Assembly: GCF_030028105.1 (NCBI RefSeq)
Contig: NC_092398.1
Span: 9,554,725 to 9,618,724, forward strand
Length of the DNA stretch: 64,000 bases
Direction of reading: 5' to 3'
Source: Mobula birostris
Lineage: Eukaryota
Part shown: positions 1-13,320 of the stretch, piece by piece
How the letters are laid out: every line of letters starts with the position of its first letter
Position numbering within the stretch: position 1 is the first letter of the stretch
Notes under the pieces: generated by a model
Told to the model about the DNA's origin: nothing
What the model saw: the letters and a program-made list of their open reading frames with translations, nothing else
Database searches by the model: none
Translations under genes and position numbers: made by a program

Positions 1-179
1 AAGCAATTTATTTTTCCCTAATTCTTATTCTACTCATTACACCCACATTCAGCCATTCAGCTGAGGAAAATCTGCCCTTACAAAATTCTTAAATCATGAC
101 CCAAAAATTTCAGATGTGGACTAAAATTTGCTCTTACAAAATATATGTGAAAAAAATGTAAATAAACAAAGTTCATTTA

Positions 180-620
180 TTTTTCCTTCTGACACCTGCC
201 CATACACCTCCTCCCTCTCCTCCATTCAGGTCCCCAAATAGTCCCTCCAGCTGAGACGACACTTCATTTGTGAATCCGCTGGGGTCACCTATTGTGTCTG
301 ATGCTCCCGATGCGGCCTCCTCTACACTGGAGAGACCCGTCGTAAATTGGGTGACTGCTACGTCGAGCACCTTTGCATCATCTGCCACAAGTGGGACTTC
401 CTGGTTGCCAAACATTTTAATTCCCATTCTGACGTCTTGGTCCATCTGCCAAAATGATGCCACCCTCAGGGTGGACAAGCAACACCTACCTTCTAAGTGG
501 ATACCCTCCAACCTGATTGGTTACTCCTTCCGGAAAACAAATCTGCCCCCACCCCCCACTCTGACTTTTACTTCTTCTCACCTGCTTATTACTTGCCCCT
601 GGGTCCACTCCTTCTTCCCT
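180..620 (+). mobile_element. Degenerate Penelope-like GIY-YIG fragment
   Basis: Aligns by eye to 21560-21950 (HFICES..C..CGLLYTGET). Confidence 0.8.
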
Positions 621-624
621 TTCA

Positions 625-1170
625 TTTTACCCTCTACCTTCACAAGCCTTCCAGGGCCTACTACAGTGAAGCATCCCCACAGCATAATGCAGCTGCCACC
701 ATGCTTCATGGTAGGGATGCTGTGTTTCTGATGATGTGTATAGCTTTTAGTCTCATGGCCAAAAAGCTCAACTTTAGCTTTATCTGACCATAGAACCTTC
801 TTCCAGCTCATTCAGAGTCTCTAGATGCCTTCTGGCAAACTTTAGCCAAGATTTCATGAGAGTTTTTTTTCAAACAGTGGTTTTCTCTTTGCCTCTCTTC
901 CATAAAGCTGTGACTGCTGAAGCACCCAGGCAACAGTTGTTGTATGCACAGTCTCTCCCATCTCAGCCACTGAAGCTTGTAACTCCTCCAGAGTTGTCAT
1001 AGGTCTCTTGGTGGCTTCCCTCACGAGTCCCTTTCTTACGCGGCCACTCAGTTTTTGAAGACGGCCTATTCTAGGCAGTTTTGACTTAACTGTACTCCAA
1101 GGGATATTCAGTGACTTGGAAATGTTCTTGTATCCATCTCCTGACTTCCTGACTTGTGCTTTTCAACCAC
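625..1170 (-). mobile_element. Tc1-like transposase fragment
   Basis: WKKVLWSDKAKVELFG...PTMKHGGSCIMLWGCF...GPGRLVKVEGKM (Tc1 DDE region), decayed. Confidence 0.88.
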
Positions 1171-1174
1171 CTCA

Positions 1175-1244
1175 GATACACACACATACATATATAAAAT
1201 GCATATACATGTGTGCATGTATATAGATATATACACACACACAC
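1175..1244. repeat. Compound (CA)/(TA) microsatellite
   Basis: Direct inspection. Confidence 0.75.
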
Positions 1245-1252
1245 AAAAAAAA

Positions 1253-2790
1253 AGACCATAAGACAAAGGAGCAGAAGTCAGTCATTCGGCCCATCGAGTC
1301 TGCTCCACCATTTTATCATGAGCTGACCCATTCTCCCATTTAGTCCCACTCCCCCTCCTTCTCACCATAACCTTTGATGCCCTGGCTACTCAGATATCTA
1401 TCAATCTCTCCCTTAAATACACCCAATGACTTGGCCTCCACTGCTGCCCGTGGCAACAAATTCCATAGATTCACCACCCTCTGACGAAAAAAATTTCTTC
1501 ACATTTCTGTTCTGAAAGGGCACCCTTCAATCCTTAAGTCTTGCCGCCTTGTACTAGACTCCCCCATCATGGGAAACAACTTTGCCACATCCACTCTGTC
1601 CATGCTTTTTAACATTCGAAATGTTTCTATGAGGTCTCCCCTCATTCTTCTAAACTCCAAGGAATACAGTCCAAGAGTGGACAAACATTGCTCATATGTT
1701 AACCCTCTCATTCCCGGAATCATTCTAGTGAATCTTCTCTGTACCCTCTCCAACGTCAGCACATCCTTTCTTAAATAAGGAGACCAAAACTGCCCACAGT
1801 ACTCCAAGTGAGGTCTCACCAGCGCCTTATAGAGCCTCAACATCACATCCCTGCTCCTATACTCTATTCCTCTAGAAATGAATGCCAACATTGCATTCGC
1901 CCGCTTCACCACCAACTCAACCTGGAGGTTAACCTTAAGGGTATCCTGTACGAGGACTTCCAAATCCCGTTGCATCTCAGAACTTTGAATTCTTTCCCCA
2001 TTTAAATAATAGTCTACCCGTTTATTTCTTCTACCAAAGTGCATAACCATACACTTTCCAACATTGTATCTCATTTGTCACTTCTTTGCCCATTCTTCCA
2101 ATCTATCCAAGTCTCTCTGCAGACTCTTGTTTCCTCAGCACTACCGGCCCCTCCACCTATCTTCGTATCGTCAGCAAACTCAGCCACAAAGCCATCTATT
2201 CCATGATCCAAATCGTTGATGTACAGTGTAAAAAGAAGCAGCCCCAACAACAACCCCTGTGGAACACCACTGGTAACCGGCAGCCAACCAGAATAGGGTC
2301 CCTTTATTCCCACTGTCTGTTGCCTGCCAATCAGCCAATGCTCTATCCACATATGTAACTTTCCTGTAATTCCATGGGCTCTTATCTTGTTAAGTAGCCT
2401 CATGTGTGGCACCTTGTCAAAGGCCTTCTGAAAATCCAAATATACAATATCCACTGCATCTCCCTTCTCTAGCCTACTTGTAATTTCCTCAAAAAATTGT
2501 AATAGGTTTGTCAGGCAGGATCTTCCTTTAAGGAATCCATGCTGAGTTCTGCCTATCTTGTCATATGCCTCCAGGTACTCTGTAACCTCATCCTTGACAA
2601 TCGACTCCAACAACTTCCCAACCACCCATGCCAAGCTAACAGGTCTATAATTTCCTTTTTGCTTCCTTGCCCCCTTCTTAAATAGCGGAGTGACATTTGC
2701 AATCTTCTAGTCCTCCGGAACCATGCCAGAATCTATCGATTTTTGAAAGATCATTGCTAATGCCTCCGCAATCTCCACAGCTACTTCCTC
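1253..2790 (-). mobile_element. CR1 LINE, 5'-truncated, relatively young
   Basis: ORFs 2071-2634 and 1499-2074: QHGFLKGRSC, YLDFQKAFDKVPH, SGVPQG, FADD, LYKALVRPHLEY; tail TCTTATGGTCTT. Confidence 0.95.
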
Positions 2791-2903
2791 ACACACAATT
2801 ATACACACACAATTTTATAATGTAATTCACAGCTTTTTCTACTATTATGTATTGCATTCTATTGCTGCCAAAATGACAAATTTCATGATATGTATATGCC
2901 AAT

Positions 2904-3214
2904 GTGTGGCGCGTGGCCAACTGGTTAAGGCGTCAGGCTAGTGGTCTGAAGGTTGCAAGTTCAAGCCTCAGCGGAGGCAGCGTGTTGTGTCCTTGAGCGA
3001 GGAACTTAACCACACATTGCTCTGCGACAACACCGGTGCCAAGCAGTATCGGCCCTAGTGCACTTCCCTTGGACAACACTAGTGTTGTGGAGAGGGGAGA
3101 CTTGCAGCATGGGCAACTGCCAGTCTTCCATACAACCTTGCCCAGGCCTGCGCCCTGGAAACCTTCCAAGGCACAAATCCATGGTCTCACGAGACTAACG
3201 GATGCCTATCTAAG
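2904..3214 (+). mobile_element. tRNA-derived SINE
   Basis: A/B box head (TGGCCAACTGG...GTTCAAGCC) and 10-bp TSD ATATGCCAAT. A 3' part recurs at ~34005-34100. Confidence 0.85.
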
Positions 3215-3514
3215 ATATGCCAATAACCTTAAACTTGCTTCTGATAATTTCTTGAGTTTTTTTAGGCATCACATAACAAAAAAAAATCCTAGAAACAAAC
3301 AAGCAAAACAACAGATAAACTCTTCTCGAGCTTCAAGCCAGGTACAGGTCTCGATTATAACTGACGTTTCAATGATACACTCTGCTATCTTCTTCAGGGA
3401 TGATGCCTGGGCAATTCTAGTCTGGTGGCATATGTAGCAAAACAACCTTCACATCCATGTTTGCATATAGCTCTGCTTGTAACATGCAGACATTCTCACC
3501 TCAAAACACTGTAG

Positions 3515-5320
3515 GGAATTCGGAAGGACAAGATCTGCCATCACTTGGAGAGTCAATGCCTGATCAAGAATAATAAGCATGGTTTTGTGCATGGAAGGTC
3601 ATATCTTTGAAAGTTATTTGAGGAGGTAAATAAGGTATAAATGGAAGTAGGTGAGTGGGTATTGTCTATTTGGACTTTGTTTATTTATTAAGATACAGTG
3701 TGGAATAGGCCCTTCAAGCTCCTTCGCTCACCAATTCCCTGATTTAACCTGAGCCTAATCGAGAGACAATTTACAATGACCAATTGACCTCCCAACCAGT
3801 ACGACTTTGGACTGTGGGAGGAAACCGGAACACACGGAAGAATCCCACGTGGTCACAGGGTGAAGATACAAACTCTTTATAGGCAGCGGCAGGAATTGAA
3901 CTCGGGTCGCCAGTACTGTAAAGCATCTTTGCTAACCCCTACGCTACCACACCATCAGTAAGGTCATTCACAAGGTGCAACATGACAGACTGACCTCAAA
4001 GATTAGGTCGCACGGGATTCAGAGGGAGCTGTCGAGGTGGATCCAGAATTCGCCAACAAAAAGCAGACAGTACTGTGTGAAATTCACTTCTCCAACTGAA
4101 GGCCTGTGAGTTGTGGGATACCTCAAGTGTCAGTATTGGAACCTGTTATTCACTATTTATGTAAATAATTAGAATATGAATGTTTATGATACCATTAGCA
4201 TGTTTGCTGATGATACTAATTTAGGGACAGTGAAGCAGGATGCGATGCATTGAAAAGAGATCTTGAGCAGTTAGGGAGATGGGCTGAGATAGAGCAAATG
4301 GATTTCAACTTACACAAGTGTGAGGTGATATATTTCAAGACAAGACAAATCAAGTTTATTGTCATTTAACTATATATGTGTATACTGTCAAATGAGACAA
4401 CATTTCTCTGGACTGGGCTGTAAAGCACAATAGTACACATAACACACAATAAATAAGGAAAGTAAGTCTAAAATCTACAGGTAAAGTATACATAAATTGC
4501 ATAAATTAAATATTGTAAGGTACAGAACCGGTAACACTTTGAATACAATGCAGCAAGGAGTTCAGAAGCCGAATGGCCTGAGGGAAGAAACTGTTTCTCA
4601 TCCTGACCATTCTTGTTTTAATACATTTAGATGTTCTAACCAGGCTAGGACCGATAAAGTAAATGGCAGGCCACTGACAAATGCTGGGAATAGAGGGACC
4701 CAAGAGTGCAGGTGCACAGAACACTGACAGCAGGTGCACGAGTAGAGAGGGTGGTGAAGACGACCTTGCGCATGTCGGCCTTTCTTTATCAGTCAGGGCA
4801 GTGAATTTTGAAGTAGGGACATTATGTTTCAACTACATAAGTCGTTGGAGACGCCAGAATTGGAGCACTTTGTACAGTTTTGGTCGCGCTCTCATAGGAA
4901 AGGCATTGTCAAGCTGGAGAGGGTGCAGAAGAGATTTACATGGATGCCACCTGGACGAGAGGACCTGAGTTATAGGGAGAAGTTGGCCACACTGGTTCTT
5001 TAATCTTTGGAGTGCAGGAAAATGAGGGGTGACCCTCACCAAAGTTTATAAAATCATGAGGGCTATGGATAAGTTGACAGTCATAGTTTGTCCCAAGGTT
5101 TGGGGAGTTCAAAACTGGAGGATGTAGTTACAAGAGGGGAGAAATTTTGAAAGAGACCTGAGAGGTGATTTCTTCACACAGAAGCCAGTGAGCACCTAGA
5201 ATGATCTGCCAGGGCAAGTGGTCAAAGTGGATACAACATTTAAGAGGCATTTAAATAGGAGGGAGTTTGCAGTTGTGGACCAAACGTAGGCAATTAGGAC
5301 GTGTTGACTTTATGACTCCA
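3515..5320 (+). mobile_element. Old CR1 LINE interrupted by a SINE (~3690-3955) and another insert (~4340-4625)
   Basis: Decayed HGFVHGRS, GIPQ, FADDT and LERVQKRFT motifs. Confidence 0.8.
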
Positions 5321-6522
5321 ACAATAAAATACATAATGTACCACAGAGATTGATGGGTGGGGGGTCAACAAATCCAAGAATGTAAATTAAAAATTAATTG
5401 TGCCTTCTTCACTGTTTCATGTTGTACCTCACAATTAACAGAACTGCAAAACCCATCTTCTGAATTTCCTACGGGTGTATACTGTATATAAAAAAACAAT
5501 GTTGCCTATTCGCTGGACCTTGTTTGACCACAGGATGGACATGCTTGTACAATGACCCTGAACGCGGTAACAGAACGTGGCTCAAGGACACCACATGCAC
5601 CAGAAATCTGCAAGCCATGACATTCAGGGCCTGAGGAGTTACAGAAAAGTACAGCACGGAAACAGGCCCTTCAGCCCACTGAGCCCGTGCTGAACCATTT
5701 AAACTGCCTACTCCCATCGCCCTCCATACCCCTACTATCCATGTACCTATCCAAACTTCTCTTAAATACTGAAATCTGCCTACATGCATCACTTGCGCTG
5801 GCAGCTCGTTCCACACACTCGGCACATCTGAATGAAGACGTTGGCTATATTTTTTTGGTGAATGATTTTTTTTTGTATTCATGTGCTGTGTGTGGCTGCT
5901 GGTACTGTGTTTTGCACCCTGGCTCCAAAGGACTGCTGTTTTGTTTGTCTGTGTATGGTTAAATGACAATTACACTTGAAAGCTGTCAGACTTTTGTGAG
6001 TGTATTCTAAGTGAGCTGGGCAATTTCACACATACAAGTGAAATTTTGCTAGTTTTAAATTGCAACTGTCTTAATGGAATGAAAATAGATGCAATCTGAT
6101 CCTCTCATCTGCCAATTCTGCTACAAATCTGATATGCCACCAAAGACGCTGGCAAATTTCTACAAATGTACCATGGAGAGCATTCTAACTGGTTGCATCA
6201 ACATCTGGCATGTGGGGGGCGTGGGAATCGAACTAAGCTGTAGAGACTTGTCAATTTAGTCAGCTCCATCATGGGCACCAGCCTCCATAGTATCCAGGAG
6301 CGGTGCCTCGAAAAGGCAGCGTCCATCATTAAGGACCCCGACCACCCAAATCATGCCCTCTTCCCATTGCTACCATCAGGAAGGAGGTACAGGAGCCTGA
6401 AGACACACCTCAGCGATTCAGAAACAGCTTCTTCCCCTCTGCCATCTGATTTCTGAATGGACATTGAACACGACCTCACTACTTATTTTATTTCTATTTT
6501 TTTGCACTATTTATTTAATTTA

Positions 6523-8126
6523 CAGGTATCCCCCGCTTTTCCAACGTTCGTTTTACGAAACCTCACTATTACGAAAGACCTACATTAGTTACCCGTTTTC
6601 GCTAACAGAAGGTGTTTTCACTGTTACGAGAAAAGGCAGCGCATGGGGAAAAGCAGTGGGCGAGAAAAGCAGCGTGCAATAAAAAGCAGCGCGCGCCCCG
6701 AGCAGCCGCTCTCCCCGGGAACGGCATTCTCGCCGGCACTGCTTAAACACGTGCCTGTGAGCAGCCGTTAGCAAGGTGAGTTCTAAGGTATCGAAGAATG
6801 CAGCCGTAGCTGGGAGGCACACAGCACATCTTTAAGAAAAAAGCCAAAATAAACATGCTAATTAATTAGCTCGTAAGGGTGTTACACTTAGCGTAAAACT
6901 AGACATAATTAAGCATTTCGATCGTGGTGAACGAAGTAAGGGCAAAGTGAGTTTGGCTTGTGGAAGTTGACGAAGATGATGTTGAAGAGGTTTTGGCATC
7001 TCATGACCAAGAACTGATAGATGAAGAGTTGATGCAATTGGAAGAGGAAAGGATAATAATCAAAACCAAATGCAGTAGCGAATGGACCGCAAGTGATGTT
7101 GTCCAGGAACTGAACCTGAAGCAACTGCATGAGATTTTCACTGCATTGATAAAGTACAACTTTAATTTTGAAAGGGTACATCGGTTTAGGACATATTTGC
7201 AAGATGGTTTGAGTGCTTACAAAGAACTGTATGATAGAAAAATGCGCAAGGCTCAGCAGTCAAGCATACTGTCGTTTTTCAAGCCTTCCACATCAGCCAC
7301 AGCAGACAACGAACCTCGACCTTCAACATCGAGGCAGGCAGACATAGAAGAAGACGAGCTGCCTGCCCTGATGGAAACAGGCGACACCCCAGTGTCCCAC
7401 TACCCCAACCCTCAGGCCGCAGACAGATTCCAATTCGCGGAGAATGCAGCAGTAGCCGGGAGGCAATCGGCAATCGCCTCTGATCTGGGACGACATTTAC
7501 GTGCCGGACGGCACCTAAATAATTTGCATTTTATTTCGGCTTTTTTCTTAAAGATGTGCTGTGTGCCTCCCGGCTACTGCTGTATCCCTGCATGCTTCGC
7601 GGATCGGGATCGGTCGGCGGCCTGGAGGGTGGGGGCCACTGCACCACCCCAATCTCCAACAACTCAGCCTAACACACCATCATCAGTGTGCATCATGTGT
7701 TCCCAATTCCCGTGATACTACACTGTACATACATTATTTCTACTTTATATAGGCTGTGTATTTTTATGCGTTATTTGGTAAATTTGGCAGCTTCATAGCT
7801 TAAACACTCTGGAGAGAATGTTTTTGCCAACAGCACTTGCGTGAGATTTTCACTGCGGAGAACAGTGCAGGCAATGATTGTGGAAAAGTATTTCTACTTT
7901 ATACAGGCTGTCTATTTATCATATCTTTCCTGCTTTTACTGTATGTTACTGTTATTTTAGGTTTTATGTGTTATTTGGCATGATTTGGTGGGGTTAATTT
8001 TGGGTCTGCGACGCTCACAAATTTTTCCTATATAAATAAATGGTAATTGCTTCTTCGTTTTACGACATTCCGGCTTATGAACCGTTTCACAGGAACGCTC
8101 TACCTTCGGATGGCGGGGGAAACCTG
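6523..8126 (+). mobile_element. Internally deleted Tigger/pogo DNA transposon
   Basis: TIRs CAGGTATCCCCCGC / GCGGGGGAAACCTG with TA at the left end. N-terminal psq-like RKGVTLSVKLDIIKHFDRGE (~6872) is fused to the acidic C-terminus (DDVEEVLASH...QSSILSFFK); DDE core absent. Confidence 0.88.
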
Positions 8127-8142
8127 AAACTATTTTATATAT

Positions 8143-8349
8143 TGGGCCAGCCAGTCGTGTAGTGGCATCAGCACTGGAATTCGAGGCGGATGGCCCTGAG
8201 TTCGAATCTGGCTGGGTCCCAACCTGGGCAGCCCGTATCCGTGCAGAACAAAGGCCTGGCAATCTACTTCCGTATCTTACCACGAAAACTCTATGGACAT
8301 ATACACTATCCATAAGGTTGCCATGAGTCAACCTATACTTACACACACA
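8143..8349 (+). mobile_element. tRNA-derived SINE with (AC)n tail
   Basis: A box TGTAGTGG, B box GAGTTCGAATC. Confidence 0.75.
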
Positions 8350-9344
8350 CTGTAATTTAAGTTTTTTTCTCTATCATTATGTATCGCATTGTACTGCTGC
8401 CACAAAGACAACAAATTCCACAACATATGCCCGTGATATTAAACCTGATTCTGATTGATCTATAATCTAAAGATTATAATGCAACAGCTTACAAGAACCT
8501 GGACAGAAGAGAGGTCAATATTCTGGATTCAAGTCCTACTACAGAAACTACCATTTTCCAGCAAGTTTCAGATTACCAGAATCAGAATTCGTGGATGTCT
8601 GTGAAGAGTAAGAATTACAGGTCATACAAACTGTATAAATTCTCTGATGTCAAATGGAACTACTGAATTCTCATTCAATGATGTGAAGGATTTTGTGAAT
8701 ACTAGGAATGCGACAAGGAATAAATAATTTCAAGTTTTTATTATTGTGGGTGGGTTCACGGACAGGTGTAAAAATTTGAGGTGTGTTGCAACCAACACCA
8801 ACTGCACAGCCTGCTGAAGCCACAGCAGATATTTATTGACATGTGGAGCTCTCAGATAACTCGAGAGTCTTCAACAAGTTGAGATCATGATGGATTACTT
8901 GTTTTCACTTTGTAGAGGAGGTGCTTTGCCATACTTTAAAAGGCGGAGGTTATGGATTCAAATCCAAATGATAACTGAACAGTTACTGTCAAAGACCCAT
9001 TTTCTTAATCAGCTCAAATAGATACGTTTTATTCAAGTACCGACACAAACACAATAGATAACGTTATATTTCAAAATAACTATTCAATGTTATCGAAAAC
9101 TGCAGTCATCACAAAGTACTTAATAAATCCTTTGCTACACAGTTCATGTTATACCTCTGTTTTGCCCTATAGACATCTCATTGCAAACAAGAACAATATC
9201 TGATGCCTGCCCCATATCTCAACCAAAAACCACCCACACATCAGTAATAAATCCTTAACACTGTAGCCTAGAATGAAGAGCTGCACAGTACAGGAACAAG
9301 CCCACAATGTTGTGCCAAACTAATTAAACTAGTAATTAAAAGCT

Positions 9345-9850
9345 TAAAACATGAGGAAATCTGCAGGTGCTGGAAATCCAGAGCAACACAGGACAAAATG
9401 CTGAAGGAACTCAGCAGGTCAGGCAGAATATAACGGGAAAGAATAAGCAGTCGACGTTTCAAACCAAGACCCTTCTTCAGGACTAAGGAGGAAGGGAGGT
9501 CAGAGTAAGAAGCTGCAGGGAGGGGTGAGGAAGAACCAGGTGGCAGGTGATAGGTGAAACCGGGAGAGGGGGAGGGATGAAGTAAAGAGCTGGGAAGTTG
9601 ATTGGTGAAAGAGATAAACAGCTGGAGATGGGGGAATCTAATAGGAAAGGTTAGAAGACCATGGAAGAAAGGGAAGAGGGAGAGGCACCAGGGGGAGGTG
9701 ATGAGCAGGTAAAGAGATAAGGGGAGAGAGGGAAATAGGAATGAGTAACGGTGAAAGGGCGGGGGGGGGGGGGGCAATTACCAGAAGTTCAAGAAATCGA
9801 TGTTCATCAGGTTGAAGGCTACCCAGACCGATTATAAAGTGTTGCTCCCC
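9345..9850 (-). mobile_element. Penelope-like pLTR fragment (related subfamily)
   Basis: Same terminal and hammerhead blocks as the 10015 element. Similar copies at ~19050-19320, ~22505-22700 and ~55345-55810. Confidence 0.8.
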
Positions 9851-10014
9851 TTATAAGGGCTGGATAGGGGCTGCTCCCACTAACCAATCCCTGGCCAATG
9901 GAGATTGACGTATATAAAATCATGGAAGGCATAGAGGGTGAAAGAATCTAGTTCCCCGAAACTCCCCCCCCCCCCCAAGGAAAGGTTGCTAAAAACAAAA
10001 GGACATAGGTATAA

Positions 10015-12350
10015 CAACAGGAATTCTGCAGATGCTGGAAATTCAAGCAACACACATCAAAGTTGTTGGTGAACGCAGCAGGCCAAGCAGCATCTGTAGG
10101 AAGAGGTGTAGTCGACATTTCAGGCCGAGACCCTTCGTCAGGACTAACTGAAGGAAGAGTTAGTAAGAGATTTGAAAGTGGGAGGGGGAGGGGGAGATCC
10201 AAAATGATAGGAGAAGACAGGAGGGGGAGGGATAGAGCCAAGAGCTGGACAGGTGATAGGCAAAAGGGGATACGAGAGGATCATGGAAAAGGAGGTCTGG
10301 GAAGAAAGACAAGGGGGGGGGGGACCCAGAAGATGGGCAAGAGGAATATTCAAAGGGACAGAGGGAGAAAAAGGAGAGCGAGAGAAAGAATGTGTGCATA
10401 AAAATAAGTAACAGATGGGGTACGAGGGGGAGGTGGGGCCTAGCGGAAGTTAGAGAAGTCGATGTTCATGCCATCAGGTTGGAGGCTACCCAGACGGAAT
10501 ATAAGGTGTTGTTCCTCCAACCTGAGTGTGGCTTCATCTTTACAGTAGAGGAGGCCGTGGATAGACATGTCAGAATGGGAATGGGATGTGGAATTAAAAT
10601 GTGTGACCACTGAGAGATCCTGCTTTCTCTGGCGGACAGAGCGTAGATGTTCAGCAAAGCGGTCTCCCAGTCTGCGTCGGGTCTCGCCAATATATAAAAG
10701 GCCACATCGGGAGCACCGGAAGCAGTATATCGCCCCAGTTGACTCAGAGGTGAAGTGTTGCCTCACCTGGAAGGGCTGTTTGGGGCCCTGAATGGTGGTA
10801 AGGGAGGAAGTGTAAGGGCATGTGTAGCACTTGTTCCGCTTACACGGATAAGTGCCAGGAGGGAGATCAGTGGGGAGGGATGGGGGGGAACGAATGAACA
10901 AAGGAGTTGTGTAGGTAGCGATCTCTGCGGAATGCAGGGGGGGGGAGGGAAAGATGTGCTTAGTGGTGGGAGCCCGTTGGAGGTGGCGGAAGTTACGGAG
11001 AATAATATGTTGGACCCGGAGGCTGGTGGGGTGGTAGATGACGACCAGGGGAACCCTATTCCTAGTGGGGTGGCGGGAGGATGGAGTGAGAGCAGATGTA
11101 CGTGAAATGGGGGAGATGCGTTTAAGAACAGAGTTGATAGTGGAGGAAGGGAAGCCCCTTTCTTTAAAAAAGGAATACATCTCCCTCATCCTAGAATGAA
11201 AAGCCTCATCCTGAGAGCAGATGCGGCGGAGACGGAGGAATTGCGAAAAGGGGATGGCGTTTTTGCAAGAGACAGGGTGAGAAGAGGAATAGTCCAGATA
11301 GCTGTGAGAGTCAGTAGGCTTATAGTAGACATCAGTGGATAAGCTGTCTCCAGAGACAGAGACAGAAAGATCTAGAAAGGGGAGGGAGGTGTCGGAAATG
11401 GACCAGGTAAACTTGAGGGCAGGGTGAAAGTTGGAGGCAAAGTTAATAAAGTCAACGAGTTCTGCATGCGTGCAGGAAGCAGCGCCAATGCAGTCGTCGA
11501 TGTAGTGAAGAAAAAGTGGGGGACAGATACCAGAATAGGCATGGAACATAGATTGTTCCACAAACCCAACAAAAAGGCAGGCATAGCTAGGACCCATACG
11601 GGTGCCCATAGCTACACCTTTAGTTTGGAGGAAGTGGGAGGAGCCAAAGGAGAAATTATTAAGAGTAAGGACTAATTCCGCTAGACGGAGCAGAGTGGTG
11701 GTAGAGGGGAACTGATTAGGTCTGGAATCCAAAAAGAAACGTAGAGCTTTGAGACCTTCCTGTTGGGGAATGGAAGTATGTAAGGACTGGACATCCAAAT
11801 TTAATTCCACATCCCATTCCCATTCTGACATGTCTATCCACGGCCTCCTCTACTGTAAAGATGAAGCCACACTCAGGTTGGAGGAACAACACCTTATATT
11901 CCGTCTGGGTAGCCTCCAACCTGGTGGCATGAACATCGACTTCTCTAACTTCCACTAGGCCCCACCTCCCCCCTCGTACCCCATCTGTTACTTATTTTTA
12001 TGCACACATTCTTTCTCTCACTCTCCTTTTTCTCCCTCTGTCCCTCTGAATATGCCTCTTGCCCATCCTCTGGGTCCCCCCCCCTTGTCTTTCTTCCCGG
12101 ACCTCCTGTCCCATGATCCTCTCGTATCCCCTTTTGCCTATCACCTGTCCAGCTCTCGGCTCTATCCCTCCCCCTCCTGTCTTCTCCTATCATTTTGGAT
12201 CTCCCCCTCCCCCTCCAACTTTCAAATCCCTTACTCACTCTTCCTTCAGTTAGTCCTGACGAAGGGTCTCGGCCTGAAACGTCAACTGCACCTCTTCCTA
12301 CAGATGCTGCTTGGCCTGCTGCGTTCACCAGCAACTTTGATGTGTGCTGG
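10015..12350 (-). mobile_element. Penelope-like retroelement (Neptune-type), 5'-truncated, with inverted pseudo-LTR
   Basis: ORF 10440-11831 has RT (LDVQSL, KGVAMGT, YIDD), a Cys-rich linker (CKRNKCYTC) and GIY-YIG (AIYCFRCSRCGLLYIGET). Arms ~10050-10600 and ~11798-12347 are inverted. Near-TSD GGACA(T/C)AGGTATAA flanks it inside a CR1 tail. Confidence 0.93.
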
Positions 12351-13038
12351 TTGGACACAGGTATAAGATCAGGAGAGATTGAAAAGGGACATCAGAGGGC
12401 AGTTTCCTTATGCAAAGGATGGTGTACGTTTGAAATTATGGTTGAGGTGGTCCCATCAGTAAAATTTAAAAATCTTCCAGGTTAAGTACATGTATAGAAG
12501 GTCAAAGGGCCATGGGCCAAACATAAGCAGATGGGACCATTTCCCTGCAGAATAGATTCAGTGTGGATGAGTTGGGCCAAGAGGTCTTGTTTCTGTACCG
12601 TATGACTCCGAGACTGCATATACTGGGATCTGGAGAAACAATGTGTTGGAGGAAAACAGGAGCAGCAGACAAGAGACAGGAACTGTTGAAATCCTGGAAC
12701 AGGACACTGAAAAATCCAGGGCAGGTTTGGCGGGGGGGGGGGGGGGGGAAGGCACCACCGACCAATCATAAGACCACAAGACCTTAAGATATAGGAGCAG
12801 AATTAGACTTTTTGGCCCATCGACCCAGCATTACCATTTCATCAATTTCCTGCCATCTCCTCATAACCCTTCATGCCCTAACTAATCAAGAATCTATCAA
12901 GCTCTCACTTAAATATACCCAATGATTTGACAGTTACCTGTGGCAACAAATTCCACAGACGGACCACTCTCTGGCTAACGAGATTCCTCCTCATCTCTGT
13001 TCTAAAAGGACATATCTCTATTCTGAGGCTCTACTCAG

Positions 13039-13320
13039 GGGTCAGGGCTGGTGGGGATGGGGTTACCACTGCCCAATCAGGTGTCAGGGCGGGTGCTGGG
13101 GGCACACAATGACCAATCTGTGGTCAGGACGGGTGAGAGGGCACCCACCCACCAGTCAGAGCTCAGACTGCCGTGGGGGGCACCCACCAACCAATCAGAG
13201 GTCAGGGCGGCTAAGGGGGCACCCACCGACCAATCAGAGGTCAGGGCGGCTAGGGGGCACCCACCGACCAATCAGAGGTTAGGGTGACTGGGGGGGGCAG
13301 CTCCCACCGACCAATCACAG
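13039..13320. repeat. ~39-bp minisatellite (~7 degenerate units) near the start of DNAJC8 intron 1
   Basis: Unit GGTCAGGGCGGCTAGGGGGCACCCACCGACCAATCAGA. A further partial unit lies at ~12751-12770 beyond a CR1 insertion. Confidence 0.88.

Noticed and set aside
2904-2980. tRNA-like heads at 2904, 8143, 52225 and 59395
   Set aside because: No complete cloverleaf and followed by SINE bodies and tails; these are SINEs, not tRNA genes.
3495-3525. Minus-strand tacag|TGTTTTGAG|gtgag as a DNAJC8 micro-exon
   Set aside because: The acceptor side is formed by the truncation point of a CR1, and it does not match the expected exon 2 (VKQIEKRDSVLT).
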